From Pseudomonadota bacterium (lineage in GTDB: Bacteria; Pseudomonadota; Alphaproteobacteria; Caulobacterales; Hyphomonadaceae), in NCBI GenBank assembly GCA_039818185.1, contig JBCBUI010000016.1, positions 2,158 through 66,157 on the forward strand: DNA of 64,000 bases, in the 5' to 3' direction. Under the pieces are notes generated by a model. The model saw nothing but the letters and a program-made list of their open reading frames with translations. It had not been told where the DNA came from and searched no databases. Positions 53,124 through 61,600 of the stretch are shown in pieces (position 1 is the first letter of the stretch; each line of letters starts with the position of its first letter). Made by a program: the position numbers and the translations under genes.

Positions 53124-54074
53124 TCACTGACCGAGGTCCAAGCTCGTGAGCACGTAAGGCCCTTGGTTTTCGTCTTCTGCGCCATGCCAACACCTGAAAT
53201 CTCGGGAGGGGATACATGATTCCAAGAGGCCGCGCTCAGCCAGATAGGGCGTGAGTCTATCAAGATGGTCTGTTTGAATGAAACGAGCGCCAGCTTTGAT
53301 ACTGTCCGAAAATCCGCGCGGTCCATCAGAGAATCCCATCACATTCGAGAAAAGAACCAGGTCATTATTGCGAATTGTGCGCGCTGTACGGAAGCTAAAC
53401 GACCGTCGCCGCAAGCCCATAACCTCAATGCCGTCTTCAACAGCCACTTTTTGCGTGTGCGCTTTATTCTGATAGTGCGGGCGAAGCTGATATTTGCCAA
53501 TCACCCCCGTCAATTTTTTATAATCCCACGACCGGGCAAATACTGTAACCAGCGGGCCGTCTCGGAACCCTTCCTCATCCAAAATTTTCGCGAGGAGATC
53601 ACCAGAGTTGGATGGCCCGCCCTTGAAGTCGATATCAACTGCAGCTCTGCCCTTTATGTTTCGCAACGCTTCTCGAAGTGTCGGCACTCGGATCCCGGTA
53701 TACTCTGGCCCCATCCAAGATCCCGCATCGAGCGCTTTGATTTCTTGCAGCGTTAATTGCGAGACGCGACCTTTACCATTGGTGGTTCTGTTCACAGTGC
53801 GATCGTGAATGACGACAAAATGACCGTCTTTCGTGTAGCGAACATCAAATTCCACCACAGTCGCACCCAGTGCGATTGCGGCATTGTGCGAAGCAATTGT
53901 GTTCTCCGGCGCATGCGAAGGCGCCCCGCGGTGTCCAACGGCGAAAATTTTGTGAGCGGGCAACGCCGCCTCACCCGAAGCCTTGTTATCGGCGTGAGAC
54001 ACGAAAGGCGATGCGGCGATCATGACCGTCGCCAAAATGAACGGTCTGAAACTGAAAAACCGAGACCAGAACAT
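53124..54074 (-). CDS. Secreted glycerophosphodiester phosphodiesterase family protein
   Basis: ORF to 54107; Met12 (54074) gives the signal peptide MFWSRFFSFRPFILATVMIAASPFVSHA. GDPD motifs VGHRGAPSHAPENT, VEFDVRYTKDGHFVVIHD and TTNG. Confidence 0.85.
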   Translation of the reverse strand: MFWSRFFSFRPFILATVMIAASPFVSHADNKASGEAALPAHKIFAVGHRGAPSHAPENTIASHNAAIALGATVVEFDVRYTKDGHFVVIHDRTVNRTTNGKGRVSQLTLQEIKALDAGSWMGPEYTGIRVPTLREALRNIKGRAAVDIDFKGGPSNSGDLLAKILDEEGFRDGPLVTVFARSWDYKKLTGVIGKYQLRPHYQNKAHTQKVAVEDGIEVMGLRRRSFSFRTARTIRNNDLVLFSNVMGFSDGPRGFSDSIKAGARFIQTDHLDRLTPYLAERGLLESCIPSRDFRCWHGAEDENQGPYVLTSLDLGQ

Positions 54075-54285
54075 ATGACACCCCTCCTGAGGAAATCGGC
54101 TGTGCAATGACAGCCGCCGGGTAGAGGGGTTCTGTTACGGTTCGATCTCAGATTGCTGAAAGTATTATGGCAACCGCGTTAACGCATTCAACACACAAAA
54201 AATGTCGGCTGACTCGGTCAATGCAAACAACTCAATGGTCAACACAGGAAGACTTCGTTTGCTCGCTTATTGACCGAAAGCCGAT

Positions 54286-54310
54286 GTCTGCTTTCGGTGT
54301 CATAGCAGAC
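54286..54310. repeat. Hairpin repeat copy 3 (GTCTGCTTT-cggtgtc-ATAGCAGAC), with an extra outer inverted repeat
   Basis: Variant stem carrying compensatory changes (GTCTGC/GCAGAC). The outer arms CTCGCTTA (54262-54269) and TAAGCGAG (54312-54319) are also complementary. Confidence 0.8.
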
Positions 54311-54351
54311 GTAAGCGAGTGTCCCAAAACGCCCTCAAATTGATGCTCCAA

Positions 54352-54987
54352 TCAGGATTGCTCAAACAAATGAGGCGCAGATTTCATTGCTTCGATAAAG
54401 AACGTCAAAACACGTTCGGCTTCTTCGGGTGTGTCATCTGCCAGCCCTTCAGAGATCAGGACCGGATGCGTGAATTTTCGCGTTGCTAATTCGATTAAGA
54501 TCAGCGCGGAGGGAATCTGCGTCCTCTCAATTTCAAACTCACCACGTTCAATTCCAAGTTCGATGATGCCTGCGCAGGTTTGAATCAAAAATGCTCGATG
54601 CCGTTCGACGGCATCAGAACGTTTGTTCAGGGCCCGGTGATAAATATCCATGACGCCCGGCGCTGAAGCGATTTTCGCCCGCGTCTGAACATGCAGGTTC
54701 AGAAGCACATGTTTGAGCTGATTACTGGCGGTGACGTGATCCGCGATCGCTTTCTCCGCGCGCACTTCGCCATCGCGCAGCCAGCGATCGACCAAACCGT
54801 CTAACAGCGCGTCTCGGTTCTTGAAGAACCGGTAGACATTCGCGTGCGACATGCCAAGCGCGGCGGCGACATCGACTACACGCAATTTCCCAGTTGGGAG
54901 CGATAGGATTTGCCGCTCAGCTTCATCCAGGATTCTGCTGGTTTCCGCGGAATGAGCCAATGTGATGGAATCGTCTTGGATGGACAT
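54352..54987 (-). CDS. TetR-family transcriptional regulator
   Basis: ORF to 55029; Met15 is the likelier start. TetR HTH: LRVVDVAAALGMSHANVYRFFKNRDALLDGL. Confidence 0.85.
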   Translation of the reverse strand: MSIQDDSITLAHSAETSRILDEAERQILSLPTGKLRVVDVAAALGMSHANVYRFFKNRDALLDGLVDRWLRDGEVRAEKAIADHVTASNQLKHVLLNLHVQTRAKIASAPGVMDIYHRALNKRSDAVERHRAFLIQTCAGIIELGIERGEFEIERTQIPSALILIELATRKFTHPVLISEGLADDTPEEAERVLTFFIEAMKSAPHLFEQS

Positions 54988-55063
54988 AAGCGCTCTCCTA
55001 ATGGGCAATTGACAGATTACATAATACAAAATATGTAATTCGTAAACAACAGGAGCTTACTCG

Positions 55064-56074
55064 ATGCCTCGACTCTTTGATCCCAGCCTTCGTCATCGTC
55101 CAACTGGTAGATACCGCCGCGTACTCAGCTGCATGATCAATCAGAAAGCCAAGACACAACTCTGCCCGGAAACGCCGCGTCTGGATGGAAAGCTGGCTTT
55201 GGTGACGGGCGGAACTGGCGGCATAGGCGCTGAAATCGTCAAAGGATTGAGCCGGCGCGGCGCGCAAGTGATCGTAGCGGCCAGGGGTGGCGGTGATACT
55301 GAAGCTACCTTAGAGACCTGGGCCCACCAAACGGGTGGTCAAATTGGCTTCCTCCCCCTCGACCTCGGTAATCTTAACGCCGTCGCGCAGGCAACACGTG
55401 TGTTCGAAGATCGCTGGCACGGGCGGCAGCTCGATATCATCTGCGCAAATGCGGGAATCTCTCCGCATCAACACAGCCTCTCTGCGGACGGATTTGAGAA
55501 AGCGTTTGCGGTGAATTGCCTCGGCCATCACTTGCTGATCCGTAGGTTCATCGAACGCGCGCTCTTGTCCGATCAGGCGTCAATTGTTGGCACAACTGGA
55601 GACATCTATGTCCTGGCTAAGGACTGCTCCTCAGACTTCACCTATGGGGGGCGTGGTTTGGCGGCTTATTGCAGGTCCAAGCTTGGCAATCTGTGGCAGT
55701 ATGCAGAATTGGCAGAACGCTACCCAGACCTGCGGGTGATCGCGGTTCACCCAGGCGTCGTGGCAACGGCGCTTGAAGGACCAACCGATGGCGTCGCAGG
55801 CACCATTAAGCGTGCGATGATGTTATCTCCCGAGCTCGGTGCTCAGGCGAGTCTCATTGCCGCCACGCAGGACCAGCTGGAGAGCGGCGAATACATTCAC
55901 AACAAACACGGACGTATGACGCTCGGCCCCGATGACGCCGCAAAGGCGAAGCGACATTCGGAAGACTTTTGGCACGAGCTAGAACAGATATGCGCGCCCT
56001 ATCTTGCCGAATGGGTCGAAGATGACCGAACGGTCACGCCCATCTCCGTAAATGCTGAAAGGACAGGCACATGA
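55064..56074 (+). CDS. Short-chain dehydrogenase/reductase (SDR) family oxidoreductase
   Basis: The start may be Met24 at 55133. Rossmann motif ALVTGGTGGIGAEIV, NAG motif, and catalytic Y..SK (AAYCRSK). Divergent from the TetR gene. Confidence 0.85.
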   Translation: MPRLFDPSLRHRPTGRYRRVLSCMINQKAKTQLCPETPRLDGKLALVTGGTGGIGAEIVKGLSRRGAQVIVAARGGGDTEATLETWAHQTGGQIGFLPLDLGNLNAVAQATRVFEDRWHGRQLDIICANAGISPHQHSLSADGFEKAFAVNCLGHHLLIRRFIERALLSDQASIVGTTGDIYVLAKDCSSDFTYGGRGLAAYCRSKLGNLWQYAELAERYPDLRVIAVHPGVVATALEGPTDGVAGTIKRAMMLSPELGAQASLIAATQDQLESGEYIHNKHGRMTLGPDDAAKAKRHSEDFWHELEQICAPYLAEWVEDDRTVTPISVNAERTGT

Positions 56075-56496
56075 TACGTCTCTCGAGTCTCTCGCTAAGC
56101 TCTTTGCTCCTGGCCTTACCGGCTATGAGCGAACCGAATATGGGCGTCCTCGGCGTCTGGGAAACCCCCGAGAAAGATGCACGAATTGAAATCACCGATT
56201 GCGGCGACGGAACCCCATGTGGCGACCTCATATGGATCGATCCAGTGTCGGCAGATAGCGAGACGGACATCAACAATCCAACGAAGGCGCTTCGCGATCG
56301 TCCGCTGATCGGAATCAGAATGGTTTGGGGGTTCAAGCCGCGCAGAGATCAATGGCGTTCCGGCAAGGTCTATGATCCTGAGAGCGGTAGAACGTATCGC
56401 GCTGAGCTCAGTCTCAAAGACGCAAACCAATTGAAGCTAAAAGGGTGTTTTGGACCCATATGCCGAAGTCAGATTTGGTCGCGCTTATCTAGATAA
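56071..56496 (+). CDS. DUF2147-like periplasmic protein
   Basis: 141 aa; overlaps the SDR stop. Signal peptide, then GVWETPEKDARIEITDCGDGTPCGDLIWI...WRSGKVYDPESGRTYRAELSL...LKLKGCFGPICRSQIWSR, matching my recollection of DUF2147. Confidence 0.65.
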   Translation: MIRLSSLSLSSLLLALPAMSEPNMGVLGVWETPEKDARIEITDCGDGTPCGDLIWIDPVSADSETDINNPTKALRDRPLIGIRMVWGFKPRRDQWRSGKVYDPESGRTYRAELSLKDANQLKLKGCFGPICRSQIWSRLSR

Positions 56497-56557
56497 CCGC
56501 CGAAGTCAGTATTTTGCCCAGCGTCTGAAACTCGCCTCGAGTCGGACACTCGCTAGT

Positions 56558-56582
56558 GTTCGCCTTTTGACCCAAAGCGGAC
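56558..56582. repeat. Hairpin repeat copy 4 (degenerate left arm)
   Basis: GTTCGCCTTTTGACCCAAAGCGGAC. The right arm is intact; the left arm has 2 substitutions. Confidence 0.7.
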
Positions 56583-56654
56583 ATACAAACTGTTGAACCA
56601 TATTAAGTTATTGCGAAATCGAACAATTCACCATATATTGAATATCAATAAGGA

Positions 56655-56969
56655 TTGAGTATGTTCGATATTTTCGATTTCCTGCTGAATGATGATGAAG
56701 AAATTGGGCGTCGAGACCCCGTTGACCCTATTGAAACGTTACGCGCATCGATCTCACGCTTAACGCGTCTGCTTTATGTCCTCGCTGTATGCATTCTCGT
56801 CAGCGCGCTTTCATGGGGCGCGATCCTCGTCGGTATGTTCACACCGACGTCTGACGCAGTCGCTTGGGCTATAGCTGGTTTTGGGACTGTTTGCCTCATA
56901 ACCGCTATCAGAGTTGAAAACCGCTATCGACGAGCAACCAAACGCCTTGCAGAACGTGTCTTGCCTTAG
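56655..56969 (+). CDS. Small hypothetical membrane protein (two predicted TM helices)
   Basis: 104-aa ORF with two hydrophobic stretches (LLYVLAVCILVSALSWGAILVGMF and VAWAIAGFGTVCLITAI). Bracketed by hairpin copies 4 and 5. No other support. Confidence 0.4.
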   Translation: MSMFDIFDFLLNDDEEIGRRDPVDPIETLRASISRLTRLLYVLAVCILVSALSWGAILVGMFTPTSDAVAWAIAGFGTVCLITAIRVENRYRRATKRLAERVLP

Positions 56970-57023
56970 ACAGCATGGCCGGCTCGTTATGGTCGGATAG
57001 TCGCTTTGAGTTTGGCATGTCCA

Positions 57024-57051
57024 ATGTCCGCTTTTGACCCAAAACGGACAT
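57024..57051. repeat. Hairpin repeat copy 5 (ATGTCCGCTTTT-gaccc-AAAACGGACAT)
   Basis: Imperfect 12-bp stem. Its translation produces the spurious ORF 57006-57206 (MSAFDPKRTS). Confidence 0.85.
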
Positions 57052-57078
57052 CCGCTATCGGCGTCTGGGTGGACTTTC

Positions 57079-57585
57079 TTATTTCTTTTCGGCCACACCG
57101 ATCAAAGGAAAATGGAGGATTTCGACAACGGGTGCGATCGGATCAGACCTTCCGGCGGCAATATTCTCGGACGCAGCTAGAATCGCTCGCTCATGCTTTC
57201 CCATAAAGCTTGCTAAGGCAAAGGCTTCTGAATCTTCGTCCTCTGCGATCAGAGCTGCGAGCTCTTCATATTGGGGTAGCCCTTTCGCTCGGATTCCCTT
57301 CGCCATCGCCGCGAATTGCTCGGTCCACGCCAACTCGTTTAACATCTCAGCACTTTTAACTCCGAGCGGTCGCGACGCTGGGTCTTCATCCAATGAGAGC
57401 CCCAGTTTTGTCAGCACAGGACGCATAATTGCTTTTCCTTCGGATTCCAGTTGAAGGAGTGAACCCAGAATGTATCGCTGCTCTTGATCCGTTGCACGAG
57501 GCAATAGCGCCTCAAAGAATGCCTCGCCGAATTGTTCGCCATGATAGACTTCCTGCAGTGCTTCGAGGAACGCAGGTTTCACCAT
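57079..57585 (-). CDS. Hypothetical all-helical protein
   Basis: 168-aa ORF 18 nt downstream of the cupin gene on the same strand. No motif I can name. Confidence 0.45.
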   Translation of the reverse strand: MVKPAFLEALQEVYHGEQFGEAFFEALLPRATDQEQRYILGSLLQLESEGKAIMRPVLTKLGLSLDEDPASRPLGVKSAEMLNELAWTEQFAAMAKGIRAKGLPQYEELAALIAEDEDSEAFALASFMGKHERAILAASENIAAGRSDPIAPVVEILHFPLIGVAEKK

Positions 57586-57603
57586 GATAGTTGCCTCTCC
57601 GTT

Positions 57604-57963
57604 CTAAACCGACGTCATGAAGTATTTTTTGAGCCGCTCGGTTATGTGCCAAGTCATGCCGGCACCCTTGGATGCAAACACGACTTCGCCTGGCCCAAAC
57701 GTTTCTTCTACACCATCTGCATTTGTGATCGTTAGCGAGCCCGATATGATCGTCATCATTTCGTCCACGGGATAGGCATCAATCTCTAGTTTGCACGGAC
57801 CGCATTCCCATATCCCTGCCGTCACTGAACCGTCTTTCGCACGATAAAATGGTATCGTTGTTTCGCTCTTATCGTCTGAGGTGAAGCTTGCTTTTGGGAT
57901 CAAATTCGAAGGTATTTTTTCGCCTTTTGGGTCAGCAAGCATTTTGAAAGTGGCGACGCTCAT
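57604..57963 (-). CDS. Cupin-domain protein (DUF861/cupin_3-like)
   Basis: 119 aa. GIWECGPCKLEIDAYPVDEMMTIISGSLTI...FGPGEVVFASKGAGMTWHITERLKKYF fits the EutQ/DUF861 cupin pattern. Confidence 0.65.
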   Translation of the reverse strand: MSVATFKMLADPKGEKIPSNLIPKASFTSDDKSETTIPFYRAKDGSVTAGIWECGPCKLEIDAYPVDEMMTIISGSLTITNADGVEETFGPGEVVFASKGAGMTWHITERLKKYFMTSV

Positions 57964-58102
57964 TTAAAAAACCTCCGGTTCTAGAAAGAGTTATTTACGG
58001 ATTTTGTCGATGCTCGTGATGGAGCTCTAACTTTGCTCTAATACGCTGTAAGCGGCGTGGGCAAGCAGGTCGAAGTGCCCCAGAGCAGACTTTGTCGATC
58101 CC

Positions 58103-58561
58103 TCATATGGTTGATAGATGCCAAGCCAAAACTCCAGCCAGCGTCAGAGACGTTAGCAAGCTTAGTCCAGCCCCTAACATTCTCGCGATGACAAAAGCTA
58201 GTCTTCCACCTTTCGCATCAACCAAATGAGAACCAGCCGAAGAAGAAAAGCCAATGACGTGCGATACACGCCCCACCGCGAAAGCAACCCCGAGCCAAAG
58301 TATTACGGACGTCTGTCCAGCCAACAATTCAAACAAACCAAGCACGATAAGAAAAATCGGAGCGTACTCAGTCATGTTTGCATGGCGTCGAACCCTGCGC
58401 TCAAGGACCATGTCATTGTCGTGTCCAATACCTTTGCGTTTGCGACCGCGATAGCCGCCAACCGAGGCTGCGAGAAACGTCTGCAGCGCGATTAGGAATA
58501 CGCCAAGGTAAGCTGTGTAGATGGGTGGGTAAACTTCCATAGTCTGCTCCGAATTTTGCAA
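58103..58561 (-). CDS. MAPEG-family membrane protein
   Basis: 152 aa with 4 TM segments. The RRVRRHANMTEYAPIFL block is typical of MAPEG proteins. Confidence 0.65.
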   Translation of the reverse strand: MQNSEQTMEVYPPIYTAYLGVFLIALQTFLAASVGGYRGRKRKGIGHDNDMVLERRVRRHANMTEYAPIFLIVLGLFELLAGQTSVILWLGVAFAVGRVSHVIGFSSSAGSHLVDAKGGRLAFVIARMLGAGLSLLTSLTLAGVLAWHLSTI

Positions 58562-58690
58562 CGATTAAAAATGCTTAGCGCTCGATAATGCATTGATGGA
58601 GCGCCCACAATCAATCGCCTTTCATCCGGGAGCCGACACCCATCAATTCAAAAAGTGCCTTTTCGCTGCCGAAGCGCGATAAAGATCAGA

Positions 58691-58718
58691 ATGTCCGCTT
58701 ATGACCCAAAGCGGACGT
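58691..58718. repeat. Hairpin repeat copy 6 (ATGTCCGCTT-atgaccca-AAGCGGACGT)
   Basis: Arms GTCCGCTT (58693-58700) and AAGCGGAC (58709-58716) are fully complementary. Flanks gaATGTCCGC...GCGGACGTT are shared with copy 1. Confidence 0.85.
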
Positions 58719-58898
58719 TAGACAGGTTCGCGCTTATGTCCGGTTTTAGGAATTAGCAGCTTTTTCCAAAGGGACTGGACTTCATCAAATTTCCGAGCAT
58801 TGCTGTGTGTGTTGACGATTTGATCAACGCGCGCCCGGAGAGTGTCGGGTTTGTCTCAGTGGGAGCGATGGAACGCTTCCGCAATTTGGAGACAAGAA

Positions 58899-59126
58899 AT
58901 GTCAGAGTCACTCAATCCACCTCGCCGAGGCACAAAAGAAGCCCGGTTCGTTACCGTTCTAACAAGCAAAGGCAAAACGCTCTCGCAGCTTTCATCTCTA
59001 ATGGATTGGCAGCCGCATACGACGCGGGCTGCGATGACGCGGCTACGCAAGCGTGGCTACGTAATCGACCGGCTTCCAAAAACTGAGCGCACGGCGGCGC
59101 GGTTTATGATCCGGAGGTCGAAATGA
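58899..59126 (+). CDS. DUF3489-like small protein
   Basis: The ORF opens at GTG 58842; ATG 58899 is likelier. The block KEARFVTVLTSKGKTLSQLSSLMDWQPHTTRAAMTRLRKRGYVI matches my recollection of DUF3489. First gene of the recombinase trio. Confidence 0.65.
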   Translation: MSESLNPPRRGTKEARFVTVLTSKGKTLSQLSSLMDWQPHTTRAAMTRLRKRGYVIDRLPKTERTAARFMIRRSK

Positions 59127-59518
59127 TGCTGGATGTGAACACTCTACAGAGCGCCGGTCGAAAGGACTTGAAGTCTTCATGGAAAGACTCGTTCGGCATC
59201 GCGCCGTCACCGGGGCTAAGTTCCCAGATGATGCGCCGGATCTTGATCTGTGAAGCGCAATGGCAGGCAACCAATCGGTCGCGATCTCTATTTCGGCAAT
59301 CGCTTCAGCAGATGTTGGAGAGCAAGGAAAAACCCAAACCCATCGCAAAAGAAGGCGCCCGCCTTGTGCGTGAGTGGAATGGCGAGGAGCATGTCGTCGA
59401 CGTGCTGGAAGAAGGCTATCTCTGGCGAGACAAGACGTGGACTTCACTCAGCGCCATTGCGCGGGAAATCACTGGTACACGTTGGTCAGGACCGCGCTTC
59501 TTTGGCGTCAGCGCGTGA
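59123..59518 (+). CDS. DUF2924-like protein
   Basis: 131 aa; overlaps both neighbours. REWNGEEHVVDVLEEGYLWRDKTWTSLSAIAREITGTRWSGPRFFGV matches the DUF2924 C-terminal signature as I recall it. Confidence 0.7.
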   Translation: MMLDVNTLQSAGRKDLKSSWKDSFGIAPSPGLSSQMMRRILICEAQWQATNRSRSLFRQSLQQMLESKEKPKPIAKEGARLVREWNGEEHVVDVLEEGYLWRDKTWTSLSAIAREITGTRWSGPRFFGVSA

Positions 59519-61020
59519 CACGCATTCGATGCGCGATCTATACGCGCAAATCCTCAGACGAAGGGCTGGATCAAAGCTTTAATTCGCTGGACGCACAGAG
59601 AGAGGCTTGCAGCGCCTATATCAAGTCTCAGCGTCACGAAGGATGGCGAGAGCTGAAGGCCCATTATGATGACGGCGGACATTCAGGCGGTACAATTGAG
59701 CGTCCAGCTCTGAAGCGACTATTGGAAGAGGTTGATGCCGGTCGGATCAATATGGTGGTCGTCTACAAGATCGATCGACTTACCCGATCGCTTACAGACT
59801 TTGCCAAACTCGTCGATCGCTTGGATGAAGCCAATGCGTCTTTCGTCTCGGTTACACAGCAGTTTAATACATCGACCAGTATGGGGCGCCTCACCCTTAA
59901 TGTGCTTCTATCTTTTGCCCAGTTCGAACGAGAAGTCACAGCCGAGCGCATTCGCGACAAGATCGCTGCGTCCAAGAAGAAGGGCATGTGGATGGGCGGG
60001 TTGGTGCCGCTCGGCTATGACAAGTCCGATACCGGACTCATCATCAATCGGAATGAAGCTGAGATCGTCCGAACGGCGTTTCAATCCTATCTCGAAGTCG
60101 GTTGCGTTCGACGCCTCAAAGAGCACTTCGATGCAGCTGGATGGTACACGAAGACAAGGACGCTGAAAGATGGGCGGCTGATCTCTGGAAAGCCATTCTC
60201 TCGCGGGCGGCTTTATCATCTGCTCTCTAACGCCATCTATATCGGCAAGATCCAACATAAAGATAAGCTTTATGACGGTCGGCATGAGGCGATCATAGAT
60301 GACGAGCTTTGGACTTCGGTTCAGCAAAAGCTTAAGTCAAATGCCGTCGCTCGAAAGTCGGGTCGCAATCACAAGAACCCGTCTCCGTTAGCTGGCAAAG
60401 TCTTTGACCAAAACGGAAATCCACTCACGCCCAATCACGCGAATAAAGCCGGTAAGCGATATCGATACTATGTCTACAGATCAGGCATGCGACTGCCAGC
60501 ATCCGAGATAGAGCAGGGAGTATTAGCTGCGCTTCACTCCGACCGAAACGTGACACTTTACTTTGAACAGAAAGTCGATCGATCTCCTACAGATACAGAG
60601 CTGTTTGAATCTGTCTCGCGGGTAGACGTCCAGCCCGGTCAGCTCAGCATCTCAATCCAATTGCACAGGGCGCGGACCGTGACAGCGCTTTTCACGCTTC
60701 GCCGACGGGGTGTTGAAAATCGAGTTGCGTTAAACCCAAACCCAGGCAGAGCGCCGGATTACAAACTCATCAAACGGGTCTTGGCAGCCATGTCTTGGAC
60801 CGACGGAATCAAAAGCGGAGCTTCGATTGCTGAAGTCGCAGCGGCTCAAAAGGTAAGCCCCGAATACATCACGCATAATATCGGTTTGGCGTTGCTATCG
60901 CCCAAGATTCTGCAGGCGATAATCGATGGCAAACAGCGATCGGATATCTCCGCATATCAGCTTTCGAAAGTTCAGATCCCGGCAACTTGGGAAGATCAAA
61001 ACCCGCTTTTCATGGCATAG
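59515..61020 (+). CDS. Large serine recombinase (resolvase/invertase N-domain plus recombinase domain)
   Basis: The ORF opens at 59374. The GTG at 59515 (GTGA overlap with the upstream stop) gives VTRIRCAIYTRKSSDEGLDQSFNSLDAQREAC with the catalytic Ser region. Followed by VVVYKIDRLTRSL, then the recombinase domain (GMWMGGLVPLGYD). Confidence 0.9.
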   Translation: MTRIRCAIYTRKSSDEGLDQSFNSLDAQREACSAYIKSQRHEGWRELKAHYDDGGHSGGTIERPALKRLLEEVDAGRINMVVVYKIDRLTRSLTDFAKLVDRLDEANASFVSVTQQFNTSTSMGRLTLNVLLSFAQFEREVTAERIRDKIAASKKKGMWMGGLVPLGYDKSDTGLIINRNEAEIVRTAFQSYLEVGCVRRLKEHFDAAGWYTKTRTLKDGRLISGKPFSRGRLYHLLSNAIYIGKIQHKDKLYDGRHEAIIDDELWTSVQQKLKSNAVARKSGRNHKNPSPLAGKVFDQNGNPLTPNHANKAGKRYRYYVYRSGMRLPASEIEQGVLAALHSDRNVTLYFEQKVDRSPTDTELFESVSRVDVQPGQLSISIQLHRARTVTALFTLRRRGVENRVALNPNPGRAPDYKLIKRVLAAMSWTDGIKSGASIAEVAAAQKVSPEYITHNIGLALLSPKILQAIIDGKQRSDISAYQLSKVQIPATWEDQNPLFMA

Positions 61021-61023
61021 ATC

Positions 61024-61219
61024 CAGTTCCCTGTTCAGCTTGAAACCTTTCCGTGTTCTTCAAGGAAAGTTCCCTGATCGACATCATGAATTCCCTGTTT
61101 CGCTTTTTAGGGAAATTCGCGACTAACGGACTGTATTATTGAGATAATTCTGCGTTCCAAAATGGCGTAAACAGGCAAAACGCAAGTATTTCCCTGTAAA
61201 TAGCGTGTTATCAGGGAAA
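61024..61219. repeat. Cluster of six TTCCCT(G/A) heptamers (four direct, two inverted) between the recombinase gene and tRNA-Ser
   Basis: Direct copies of TTCCCTG at 61027, 61070, 61091 and 61190. CAGGGAA at 61212 is inverted. TAGGGAA at 61109 is inverted and a one-base variant. Two pairs form inverted repeats: GAATTCCCT...AGGGAAATTC (61088-61118) and TTTCCCTG-N15-CAGGGAAA (61189-61219). Confidence 0.6.
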
Positions 61220-61393
61220 GCCCCTCAAACCTGACTGAATTATTTGGCGCCAGAGACTATTGCCGAATAAGCGATAATAGAGACGAAAGATCAGAGATTT
61301 AAACTAGGTTGGTTGCAGAATTTGCCCGTAAGTCACGGAATAGTCGGGACTATTTTGGAGGCAAAGAAAATCGCTGAAAATGGCTAGACTGCG

Positions 61394-61484
61394 TGGCGGA
61401 GAGGAAGGGATTCGAACCCTCGATACGCTTATCACGTATACTCCCTTAGCAGGGGAGCGCCTTCAGCCACTCGGCCACCTCTCC
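61394..61484 (-). tRNA. tRNA-Ser (anticodon GCU)
   Basis: The reverse complement folds as a class II tRNA. Acceptor GGAGAGG/CCUCUCC; anticodon stem CUCCC/GGGAG with loop CUGCUAA; long variable arm; T-arm GAGGG-UUCGAAU-CCCUU; encoded CCA. Confidence 0.95.
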
Positions 61485-61600
61485 GCGAGGCCAAAACCCC
61501 TAATAATATCGCCGCGCAATGGCAAGTATCGATATCGTCCTGGCTGCGCCTTTTCGCAGATGGACTTGCAAGCCTGCGCAAGCAAGCCTATCCCGCGACT

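Noticed and set aside
51137-58716. Reading the hairpin-delimited gene blocks as an integron-like cassette array
   Set aside because: There is no tyrosine integron integrase and no attI. The genes lie in both orientations, and several have their own regulators. The hairpins are ~25 bp rather than the 57-141 bp of attC sites and lack R'/R'' GTTRRRY cores. The observation is kept only as a repeat family.
61339-61357. AATAGTC-gg-GACTATT hairpin followed by TTTT, a possible terminator near the tRNA
   Set aside because: The stem is 7 bp and AT-rich, there is no obvious upstream transcript to terminate, and it is indistinguishable from chance.
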